From Barthelona sp. PCE (Eukaryota), in NCBI GenBank assembly GCA_040285745.1, contig JAUFOR010000002.1:1302001-1366000 (forward strand): a DNA stretch of 64,000 nucleotides, given 5' to 3'. This document shows positions 40,174-49,944 of the stretch, in pieces; position 1 is the stretch's first letter, and every line of letters starts with the position of its first letter. The notes under the pieces were generated by a model, which worked only from the letters and a program-made list of their open reading frames with translations, did no database searches and was not told the DNA's origin. A program made the translations under genes and the position numbers.

Positions 40174-40947
40174 TCACTTTCTCCTTAGATTTAACTGATT
40201 CGTCAGTTTAGAAACCCAATAAATTCTTTTTACACTTTTCACTCTCAATGATGCAACTACTGCAGTCAGCTCAACAGAAGCGAAGCGAGCGAATTGAACT
40301 GTGGGCAGAGCAAAGAAATTTTGCATCTGGTTCGCCGGTTCTGAGCATGTAAGCCCCTTTTGCTTGTCCTCTGTTGGTGCATCAGCACTAGGCGGTCCCC
40401 ACGCGACCACGATTTCACAAAAGTATGTTCCAACTATTTATTATGCAGTATCGCGGCAGTTCCAACAATTCCTTTACCGATCTCTTTCACAAGATGCCAG
40501 ATCACTACATCGGTGGTTCTAAAGGAAAGGGTAGTGAAGAAGCTATATACAGAGCATACCTATTCCTTTTATTCACTTTTTGCAGGTGCATTAGTACTAA
40601 AGGAGGAAAGAAGCTCATATACAACGATTCTACCAATGAATTATGTATGGATCTGGAAGGTAAGTAAACTATTCACATAAATAGAAGAGATGCTGGAAGA
40701 ATTAATGAAGCTCATCTACCCAATCATTTTTTCAAATATAACACCGGTAAGGCCAATTTCCAACTTGTACGACGTGATACGGTTTGGGAAGACATCATAG
40801 AGCACAAAGACAACTGACATTTTCTGCATTAGAAAGCAGTAAAAATAAAGCATAAAAAAAGATATTCTGTTTATGATGAAGGTACTGGAACTGCATTTAC
40901 ATCCCAGAATGGAATAAATCGGTTCCGCTAACCAGAAACACTGTAAT

Positions 40948-41823
40948 CTAAGCACTAGATTTTTTTAGCAAAAAAAACACATTTTTCCAAAAAGCTTTTA
41001 TGCTCAAAAACGTGGGTAACACCAACGGTGTGGAACCGAACATCCTTTGATGTCTTTTATCCATCAACCTAAAGCTATCTTTTGCAGTAAGATACAAATT
41101 GAAAACAACAAAGCAACAGAGAAGGACAACGGGTAAATGAAACCCTGATATGGTGACAAAGCTGAAATAGACCAATATTTCACCGTGGTAATGAGGATAA
41201 ACAACCAAAGCTCTCCAAAAATTCTTTAGCTCATTTCTATAAGAGTATCTATTCTTTTCAGACACATTAATCCTTAAATTACGAAGGAGCATGTGGTAAT
41301 ATGACTGCAGGAACGAACCAATCATGCACATTGAAAAAGCACAAGCAAAAACCATGATTGAAACAGCATTGTTGTTGATAACACTCGATAAAACAGCAAA
41401 ATATACACCTAAATAAAAGCAATGACCAAAAATGAAGTTGATAAAGCTCATTGGTCGTGGTGTATAGACATGAATGAACAATGTTTCTAAGAAACGCTTA
41501 AAAAGATGAAAAAAAGCAAATATTGGTAAGAATGAAACTTTGTTAAGTGATACTATGAGCGAGAATTGCATTATTGATCCAAAAAGATAGAAACTACGCC
41601 ATCCAAAAGCATTTGTACAGAATGAGTAGCTTATTTTTGCTTTTTGTCGCTTACCATATCTCCCAATCTCTGCAAGGAGTGATTTTTTGGATAACATAGC
41701 TAAAGAATATACAATAAAAGCACCTATCCACAAAAAACTTGCAAAATATTCAAAATAACGAGGTTTCTCTTGAATGAGATAAAATATGAGCCCAACTATA
41801 TTATTTTTCAATGCAGAAAACAT
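40948..41823 (-). CDS. Polyprenol reductase / steroid 5-alpha-reductase family (SRD5A3/DFG10-like)
   Basis: RYGK, HLFKRFLETLF, GHCFY, QSYYHMLLRNLR, YPHYHGEILVY. Confidence 0.8.
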   Translation of the reverse strand: MFSALKNNIVGLIFYLIQEKPRYFEYFASFLWIGAFIVYSLAMLSKKSLLAEIGRYGKRQKAKISYSFCTNAFGWRSFYLFGSIMQFSLIVSLNKVSFLPIFAFFHLFKRFLETLFIHVYTPRPMSFINFIFGHCFYLGVYFAVLSSVINNNAVSIMVFACAFSMCMIGSFLQSYYHMLLRNLRINVSEKNRYSYRNELKNFWRALVVYPHYHGEILVYFSFVTISGFHLPVVLLCCFVVFNLYLTAKDSFRLMDKRHQRMFGSTPLVLPTFLSIKAFWKNVFFLLKKSSA

Positions 41824-42485
41824 GGGAAAAGGTGTTAAACATTTATATATGAAAATACATAGTTAAATTCACTTTACAGTAAAAAACACTTTATTTTATG
41901 GTACACCGAACCGCTTTGTACACCGTTAAGTAACTTAAATCAAGAAAACTAAAATTTTCTGAACCTATACTAAATACTCAAATAAGAAAGCCCACATGCT
42001 AAAAAACAGCAAGTGCCCCACAAAAAGGCTATAAAAGTAAAAATCAAACCTCTCATATATGTATTATGGAAACATGTAACTTACTTGCAAGTATCATCCC
42101 CAAAAACAACATCACGGGATATACTAGCAAATATGAAACGGGGATTGGCTGCTGAACGAATCAGTAACTGTGAAAACAAGTTGAAAAGCAAATACACACC
42201 ATTCCTCGCATTTTCAGAATTGGAATGTGCTAGGAGATGCAGTCAACCTCTGGCACATACCCGTACCAATGTAAGATAGTATAGTAAACCTTCTTCCACC
42301 TTCTTTTTCCTTTGTTCACTGTTTCTTTGTCTGTGTGTTTATATTTTGCTTTTGGTAGCCGTAGAGTGTACCCGCGAGCTCGACAGGACATGATACATGG
42401 TTGAAGTTGGGTTTTTAGCACATTCTTTTTTTTGCTACATCAAAGCATACATTTTTAGACATTGAACAACTCACATTTAGTCCAA

Positions 42486-43244
42486 ATGGGTAAAGTCATT
42501 CTCTCACAACGTAAGGGTGCCTCCACCAACTACATTGCTCACACTCACAAGCGTAAGGGTGCTGCCAAACATCGTGTCGCTGATTACGCTGAAAAGAACG
42601 GATTCGTCCGCGGTGTTGTCCGTGAGATCTACCACGATTCTTGCCGTGGTGCTCCTCTTGCCCGTGTTCAGTTCAACAACACCCACAAGTTCGGTAAGGT
42701 TAACGAAATCTTCATCTGTGCTGAGGGTATGTACACTGGCCAGTACATTTACTGTGGAAAGAACGCTCAGTTGGCTATTGGTAACGTTTTGCCTATTGGT
42801 TCTATGCCTGAGGGTACTGTCTGCTGCAACGTCGAGTCCAAGCTTGGTGATCGTGGTACCTTCGCCAGAGCTTCTGGTGAGTCTTGTCTGATTGTCTCCC
42901 ACAACATTGATACTGCTAAGACCCGTATTAAGCTTCCTTCTTCCAAGAAGACTACCGTTCCTTCTGGCTGCAGAGCTATGGTCGGTATGGTTGCCGGTGC
43001 TGGTCGTACTGATAAGCCTATGCTTAAGGCTGGTCGTGTTCACTTCAAGAACCTTTGCAAGAGATGGCCCGTTGTTAGAGGTGTCACCAGAAACCCTGTT
43101 GAGCACCCTCACGGTGGTGGTAACCACGAGCACGTTGGTTTCTCCACTTGTATCTCTGGTCACAAGGCTCCTGGCCGTAAGGTCGGTTTGATCCGTGCCC
43201 GTCGTACTGGTCTTCGTCGTGGTGGTAAGGTTAGCTTCGACTAA
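42486..43244 (+). CDS. RPL8: 60S ribosomal protein L8 (uL2)
   Basis: [39 protein letters not shown]. Confidence 0.98.
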   Translation: MGKVILSQRKGASTNYIAHTHKRKGAAKHRVADYAEKNGFVRGVVREIYHDSCRGAPLARVQFNNTHKFGKVNEIFICAEGMYTGQYIYCGKNAQLAIGNVLPIGSMPEGTVCCNVESKLGDRGTFARASGESCLIVSHNIDTAKTRIKLPSSKKTTVPSGCRAMVGMVAGAGRTDKPMLKAGRVHFKNLCKRWPVVRGVTRNPVEHPHGGGNHEHVGFSTCISGHKAPGRKVGLIRARRTGLRRGGKVSFD

Positions 43245-43422
43245 ACTCTTAAACAATAGATGACACCTTGGATTGATAACAAGTAAATGAACCTTCAAAA
43301 ATTTTACACTTTATTTTCATGATTTTCTTCCAGAGTCATCCATGTTAACGGGTAGTAAGGGAGAGTAAACAGATTCTTTACAGAGATCTAAGTTCGGATA
43401 TGGTGCCGCATACGCATTTGTT

Positions 43423-44004
43423 CTATTCCATTCTCTGTTCAAAATCAACAACAGGATCGTCCTGATCAGGGCCAGAATCTGATAATTGTTTTTTAGTGAT
43501 ATAAAGTAACTGTGTATGATGTCTACTCTTCAATAATGATTCTAAATGAAATAAAAATCGTTCTAATGAAGGAAATATATATGGTTCGTTGCTTAAACTG
43601 TCAAATTGAACAATTGTATATGGTTCATCATTTTCATTCTGTATTACATCACTCTTAAACAATTTGGCAGTTATCCAATGCCTTTTAGAAGATGAAAGAC
43701 CAATATTAATTAGAAAGCCGTACAAATTCTCATTGAAATTTAAAATCTCCTCCAAATTCCACTCTGGAAGAAACCATTTAACCTCAAACTCCTTAAGATA
43801 CCGTTCTATTGCGATTGTGAGAACATTAACATCAAAATTGCCCAAAAATGAATGATGTGGGTTAAAATGAAAAAATTTGAACGGTGTAATCTCGTAGGAA
43901 ATATCTCTGAGATCATTATATTCGAATACAGATTCTTGAAATAGGTTATTCAGCGCATGAAGTCCACATCTGCGCATCGATTGACGTTCGAAGTATAAAG
44001 TCAT
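43423..44004 (-). CDS. Josephin-domain deubiquitinase (JOSD1/2-like)
   Basis: YFERQ..RCGLHALNNLFQ, GNFDVNV, RHW, FDS: catalytic triad motifs present. Confidence 0.92.
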   Translation of the reverse strand: MTLYFERQSMRRCGLHALNNLFQESVFEYNDLRDISYEITPFKFFHFNPHHSFLGNFDVNVLTIAIERYLKEFEVKWFLPEWNLEEILNFNENLYGFLINIGLSSSKRHWITAKLFKSDVIQNENDEPYTIVQFDSLSNEPYIFPSLERFLFHLESLLKSRHHTQLLYITKKQLSDSGPDQDDPVVDFEQRME

Positions 44005-44105
44005 GTTATCTATGCCATTGACTCTGCGTTATGCTACCGGAAAAGGGGAGAATAAACACAAAACGTTTGTTAGTTTTCATTTACCTCTTTCCTTTAAATT
44101 TCATT

Positions 44106-44939
44106 ATGAGTAGCGCTGCTTTCCTATTCGCAAAGCCACACAAGATCGATTTCTTTTGCACATTTGGGCACAGAAAGCTTGCGGCTGTGGAAACACTTTA
44201 TGTATGTTTGGATTTGCTCCAGAATAATAAGGATCAGTTCCCCATGCTTCTGCACCGCATATACACTGCTGCACTCAGTCGTTTACCTAATACAAATGTT
44301 GTTGTTGTTACTGCCCCGGATTGTCTGCGTTATTGCAGTATTCATCTTGTTGCCGTGCATTCTCTTCCACAAAAGCACTGGAACACCCCTGATTCACATT
44401 GGGAACCTGCAGGCGTAGGATTCATTCAGACCCCTCTTCCCAGTCTCAGCCAACCACTTCCCAGATGTAACACCGTTATTCTAGGCGGTACATTTGACCG
44501 TCTTCATAACGGACATCGACTTTTATTGCAAACAGCAGCATATTTATGTTCTCGTACGCTAATTGTAGGTATTACAAGTCCTATCCTAACCCAAAACAAG
44601 AAATTCGCCCATCTTATTCAATCCCTCCCCGTCAGACAACGCCACGTAGCTTCATTTCTTGAAATGATATTGCCTGATGGTGTAACATATAACATCGTCA
44701 CGATAGAAGATCCAGTTGGACCAGCTGGCACCCTAGAGAACGCGGAGCTTCTCGTATGTAGTATGGAAACAAAGACATCGGCTTTGAATGTTAATACAAT
44801 TAGACGTCGAAATGGTTTGTCACCAATGCAAATTTATTCCATCCCTATTCTCACACTGGACGAGCGCTGCGATACTTCTAGATCTATGAACAGGATTTCT
44901 AGTACTTATCTACGAAAAGAAGAAATGCTCAAATCATAA
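44106..44939 (+). CDS. Phosphopantetheine adenylyltransferase (eukaryotic CAB4/COASY-PPAT type)
   Basis: LGGTFDRLHNGH, DPVGP, RRRNGL, RISSTYLR. Confidence 0.9.
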   Translation: MSSAAFLFAKPHKIDFFCTFGHRKLAAVETLYVCLDLLQNNKDQFPMLLHRIYTAALSRLPNTNVVVVTAPDCLRYCSIHLVAVHSLPQKHWNTPDSHWEPAGVGFIQTPLPSLSQPLPRCNTVILGGTFDRLHNGHRLLLQTAAYLCSRTLIVGITSPILTQNKKFAHLIQSLPVRQRHVASFLEMILPDGVTYNIVTIEDPVGPAGTLENAELLVCSMETKTSALNVNTIRRRNGLSPMQIYSIPILTLDERCDTSRSMNRISSTYLRKEEMLKS

Positions 44940-45194
44940 ATGAGTTTCCAAATATTGTATGGTTTCTATCAGGAAGGTGTGTTGAAGAGCTCTTGGGTTG
45001 GAATTTGATCTCTCAAAGGACCAAAGATCTCAAAGTAATTTATTGCACTCATTATTGTTAAAGTATTGTTTTAACCACTTGGAGCGTGTAAAAAGTTGTA
45101 AGCAGTCGTATTCCAACAATGGAAAGCTGGAAGATCTGTAAGATTTGCATTGCATATTTTCGCTCTTTTCAACTTTATTGAGATCTTAAGCACA

Positions 45195-47132
45195 ATGGAT
45201 CGTGAAGAAACAGTCAGAAACGCGTGGAAAAAACCAGAAGGTCAAAAAACGGGCATTTTTTTGCACAATACACTCACAAAAGAGCAAAACGAACTGATCC
45301 TCACTGAAGAGGGCACCCTCTCTATGTACGTTTGTGGCCCTACAGTCTACAGTTCATCACATCTTGGTCATGCTCGAACTTATCTGGGTTTTGATATTAT
45401 TCGTCGTATTCTTGATGAGTACTTCAACATTGAGGTCCGCCTCGTCATGAACATTACAGACATTGACGATAAGATTATTGATCGAGCAAACGAACAAGAT
45501 TGTCATTTTACAGAGATCTCCCGCCGTTTTGAAGCAGAATTTTTAGAAGACCTGAAGTCATTGAACATCCAAATGCCCGATGTCTTGTGCCGTGTCTCGG
45601 AATACATGCCTCAAGTAATTGATTTGATTGCAAATCTTGAAGATTCTGGATTTGCTTATAAGAGTCTTACTCAGAAGGAGGACGAACCCAACCAGTGCTC
45701 TGTCTACTTTGACACAGTCTCATATGACGAATCAGAGGCAAACGATGGAAATAAGCACAATTACGGAAAGCTTGAACCTAAGAGTGTCTTTGATCAAAGC
45801 AACGCAAAGCGCAACGAAGGAGAGGAGAAGCTGGGTTCGGTTGACAATGAGAAGAGGAATAAGTTTGACTTTGCTCTCTGGAAGGCTTCCAAACCAAACG
45901 AACCATATTGGGATTCTCCTTGGGGCAAGGGTAGACCTGGATGGCACTCCGAGTGTGTGGCCATGTCAATGTACTTCTTCGGTGATACTCTAACAATCCA
46001 CGGTGGTGGTATGGACTTGAAGTTCCCACACCATGATAATGAGATCGCCCAGGCGGAGTGCGTCAGCGGATGTCCTCAATGGGTAGACTACTTCATGCAC
46101 ACCGGAACCTTGCGCATCGAACAGGTGCAGGATGATGGAACAGTCGTTGAGGAGAAGATGTCGAAGTCTCTAAACAATTTCTGGACGGTACGCGATTGCT
46201 TGGATGCATATACACCCCGCCAGGTGCGTATGTTGTTCCTCAGCCACCCCTGGAACAAACCTCTCACATACGGAATGAGTATGATGGAACCCGCCATTGC
46301 TACAGATAAGCAATTCAACGAATTCTTCCACATGGCAAAGACTCTCGATAGGGAGAGCAAGTCCAGCGATGAGCAGTGCTGGTTTGAGGCCGAGCTTGAG
46401 CTCCGTGAAGTACTCAAGACCACACGTCAGAAGGTTGATGGTTTCCTGAGAAGTAACTTCCAAACCGGCCCCGCGGTCAGGTTGCTTTCAAATCTGGTTA
46501 CAGCCACGAACAAGTACCGTACAGCCAATACCCCACGTAACTTATTGGTGCAGCGCATTGCCGCTTACGTACGTAAAATGCTCTCTGTTTTCGGATTGTC
46601 TTACGAGAGCAAGCAAACTGATGATTCAAAGCTCGAGGCACTCATTGACGTTGTTGGCAAGTTCCGCGAGGAGGTGCGCCATATTGCACGTTCTGATAAG
46701 ATTGGTTCTCTTTTGGCTTTGTGTGATCGCGTACGCGATGAGCAGTTCATTGACCTGGGAATTCGCTTCGAGGATACCGCTGATGGCTTCATGTGGAAGC
46801 TGGAGGACCCAGAAGTGCTCAAGAAGGAAAGAGAGACTGCAAAGTTGATGCAAGAACAGCAAAAGAAGAAGAAGGAGGCGGCAAAGCTTAAGCGTCTTCA
46901 GAAGGAGCTTGAAGAGCTGCAAATCGGTGCCAAGGACCCCCTAGTTGCACTTCATTCTGACGAATATGGCTCTTATGATGAAGAAGGAATTCCTCTTACA
47001 ATGGCCGATGGTGAGCCAGTTAAGAAGAAGAAGCTGAAGAAGTTGAAGAAGCACATGGCTCGCCACCTGCGTTTGCACCAACGCTACTTGCAGTATATTG
47101 CTGAGCACGGTCAGCTTCCAGTTGTTGAGTAA
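45195..47132 (+). CDS. CARS: Cysteinyl-tRNA synthetase (cytosolic)
   Basis: CGPTVY, HLGH, DFALWK, GRPGWHSEC, FPHHDNE, KMSKS. Confidence 0.98.
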   Translation: MDREETVRNAWKKPEGQKTGIFLHNTLTKEQNELILTEEGTLSMYVCGPTVYSSSHLGHARTYLGFDIIRRILDEYFNIEVRLVMNITDIDDKIIDRANEQDCHFTEISRRFEAEFLEDLKSLNIQMPDVLCRVSEYMPQVIDLIANLEDSGFAYKSLTQKEDEPNQCSVYFDTVSYDESEANDGNKHNYGKLEPKSVFDQSNAKRNEGEEKLGSVDNEKRNKFDFALWKASKPNEPYWDSPWGKGRPGWHSECVAMSMYFFGDTLTIHGGGMDLKFPHHDNEIAQAECVSGCPQWVDYFMHTGTLRIEQVQDDGTVVEEKMSKSLNNFWTVRDCLDAYTPRQVRMLFLSHPWNKPLTYGMSMMEPAIATDKQFNEFFHMAKTLDRESKSSDEQCWFEAELELREVLKTTRQKVDGFLRSNFQTGPAVRLLSNLVTATNKYRTANTPRNLLVQRIAAYVRKMLSVFGLSYESKQTDDSKLEALIDVVGKFREEVRHIARSDKIGSLLALCDRVRDEQFIDLGIRFEDTADGFMWKLEDPEVLKKERETAKLMQEQQKKKKEAAKLKRLQKELEELQIGAKDPLVALHSDEYGSYDEEGIPLTMADGEPVKKKKLKKLKKHMARHLRLHQRYLQYIAEHGQLPVVE

Positions 47133-47395
47133 ATTTTTTGTTGTATTGGTATTTCTAATATTTATCAGCCGTTCTGGGATGTCGTGGAGGACGTGTTTCA
47201 TGTCAGGTGCTTGAAAGATGGAATTAGATGAAATGGGATTGTTACCCCGGTTCTGTTCTTTGATATACTTCGGAAAAATGCTTTCCTCTCCAGGTATCTG
47301 CAGGTGAAACAGCCTCAAAATCACCAAAATAAACATATATGCAGCGGATAAATGGAGTGGTACAACTATTCTTTCCCTTTCCAAGCTCATCACTG

Positions 47396-49915
47396 ATGAG
47401 CAAAATGCAAGATGGGTCCAAGAAACGTGGGAACAATTTCACTATTGCTGTGCGGTATGTTAACAAAGCGATTTTTTATTGTTGCATTTTGTTTGTGCGG
47501 CATTGATAAAATCATGCTTAAAACCGTTAAAAAGCGATACTAACCTTTAGACTTAGGCCAGAAAATGAAATTGAACGTTCTGGGTCATACCGCAGAATAA
47601 CTAGTGTTCTAGATCAGCATGTTCTTTGTTTTGATCCTGAAGATCGCCGCACCAAGCACAAGGGTCCCTTTTCCAGGAGAGCAAAAGATTTAAAATTTGC
47701 GTTTGATCGTGTTTTTGACGAAGTAGCTGCTCAACATGAGGTTTATGAACACACAGCCAAACCACTTATTAAGCATGTTGTCAACGGGTTTAACGCCACT
47801 GTTTTTTGTTATGGTGCAACAGGTAGTGGTAAAACACATACCATGGTTGGTAATGAAAATGCCGGTCCAGGTGTGATGATGTTGACAATGATTGATTTAT
47901 TTAAAACGATAGAGGAGCTCAAGGATGAAGCTCATTTCAGAGTCACGCTCAGTTATCTTGAAATATACAATGAGGTAATTAAAGATTTGCTAAATCCGGC
48001 GCATGATAACTGTGACATACGTGAAGACCCAGAAAAAGGAATATGTGTCTCGGATTTAACCGCTTATGAACTGGAGAGCGCTGATATGATGGTGCAGTAT
48101 CTCAAAAAGGGAAATAGTAACAGGTCAATTTCACCGACAGAAGCCAACGCTGTTTCTTCAAGGTCACACGCAGTGCTACAGGTGCTCATTGAGCGAACAG
48201 AGGTGGCTTCAAGCGAATCAACACAGAAGAGGTATAGTAAGCTCAGCCTGGTAGATTTGGCAGGGTCTGAACGTGCTGCACGCACAAAGAACAGAGGACA
48301 GCGTTTGGTCGAAGGTGGAAACATCAACCGTTCGCTGCTGGCACTGTCTAACTGTATCAATGCACTTGCGCGTCGTGGAAAGAAGAAATCTGTGCACGTT
48401 CCGTACAGAAACAGCAAGCTGACCCGTCTGCTCAAGGACTCGCTCGGTGGAAACACACTGACATGTATGATTGCGAACATTTCTCCATCTAGCTACTCAT
48501 ACGATGATACGCACAATACTCTGCAATATGCAAACAAGGCAAAGAACATCAGGGTTAAGATCAAGCAGAATATTAAAGGAGTCAAGTTCCATGTTTCAAA
48601 GTACAAACAGGTTATCGCAGAGCAGAAACAGCAGATTAGAACGTTAAAACAGCAAGTTAATGAGTTAAAAACAGAGGTAGAGCAGTTGAGGAGCAACCAG
48701 ATCATATCTGTAGGGCAACAGTTTGAAAACACGACAACAGTTGGCGAATACAACAAGCAGCGAAAGGAAATCTTTAATATGATGCACAGCGAGATTAGAA
48801 GATTGATGAGCAAAATGCAGGTTACCAAAGAGAGCCAGTTCAGTGCAAAGGTTCGGTTACAGTCGTTGGCTGAGGATATAAGGGATAAAAAGAGAAGGAT
48901 GTTGCGGTACAGAGATAAAAACCCTCGGGTAAAGCTAGAGGATACACCAGTTAAGTTACACGGCCTTCAAATTCAGATAAGAAATCATGAGGTAGAGCAG
49001 GAGGGACTAAAGAAGTCACAGAAGAAGCTTGAAGCCCAGTACAACGAGTTGACCGCTGAATTTAGTGTTTTACAAGAAGACATTCAAAGGAAGGTGAGTG
49101 ATTCTGATGACAAGGCAAAATTATCAGCCGAGATTGCTTTGCGCGCAACATCTTTAGATCTCGACGAGGCAACACGTATAGCCAGGTTCAACACACAGGA
49201 GTTGCGTATTAAGAGGAAACAGATGAAAGATGCAATGAAGATATTCCCTCAATTGGGCAAACTCATATCACATCAACATCGCTTGCTCACCCGAAATGGT
49301 CTGTCAACGGAGGAGTTGGACAGAGAGTTTGATATTGCTGACCGGATATGTAATGATGCATTTGAGGAAGGTTGGCAGGAGTACGCCTCCAAGTTGTACA
49401 GACAGAGCCCCAGCCATAAACTTCGTTCTCCATCTTTGAAGAGGCATTTGAAGAAGGCTATGCTCGATGAGACTCGCGTTCGCATCCCCCCCAAGGAGGA
49501 AACGTTTGTAATGGAGGAAGAAAAAGTTCAAAAGTCTCTATTCAATAATGAAAAGCAAGTGAAAGAACTTCATGTGAATTTAGATCGCAACACAAGTAGG
49601 AAATCCAGCAATTTGAGCGTTAAAAGTGAATTTGACGACGATTTTAAGGAAGTTCCTCATGCGCCACATCTTGAGCATCGAAAATTGCAGAAGATTGTGA
49701 AACCTGCTAGTCCAGCACCAAGAATGAAGCGCAAGCACAGAATTCCAAAGTCTAAAATGATGCAGCAGCATAAGCCACAAACATTGAACTTGTCTTTAGA
49801 TTCTATTATGAAGGAAGAGAAGCCTATTCAATCTAAATCTTCCAATTATGGTCTCACAACAATGGATAGACGGTTTGCAGATCTGGAGGATTTGTACAAA
49901 AAATTGCAGAAATAA
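47396..49915 (+). CDS. Kinesin-8 (KIF18/KIF19-like); exons 47396-47454 and 47551-49915
   Basis: Splicing restores FTIAVR|LRP; FAFDRVF, YGATGSGKT, SSRSH, DLAGSERA, EGGNINRSLLAL. The ORF track starts mid-motor domain. Confidence 0.9.
47455..47550 (+). other. 96-nt spliceosomal intron
   Basis: GTATGT...ACTAACCTTTAG; contains an in-frame TGA; removal restores the kinesin VRxRP motif. Confidence 0.9.
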
Positions 49916-49944
49916 ATGGTTTTACTTTTTATCTCCTTTCTAGA

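Larger units (their letters stand above)
39300..40438 (+). repeat. 22-bp exact direct repeat (39300-39321 and 40417-40438)
   Basis: ACAAAAGTATGTTCCAACTATT occurs twice; each copy is followed closely by ATGCA. Confidence 0.9.

Noticed and set aside
40244..40345. Box C/D snoRNA candidate (ATGATGC...CTGA with a CTCA/TGAG stem)
   Set aside because: Imperfect C box, and no rRNA complementarity that I could recognise.
43378..43420. ACAGAGA box suggesting U6 snRNA
   Set aside because: Not followed by the AGC triad and internal stem-loop.
46941..47393. 150-aa minus-strand ORF between CysRS and kinesin
   Set aside because: Overlaps the CysRS 3' end, abuts the kinesin start, and has no recognisable motif.
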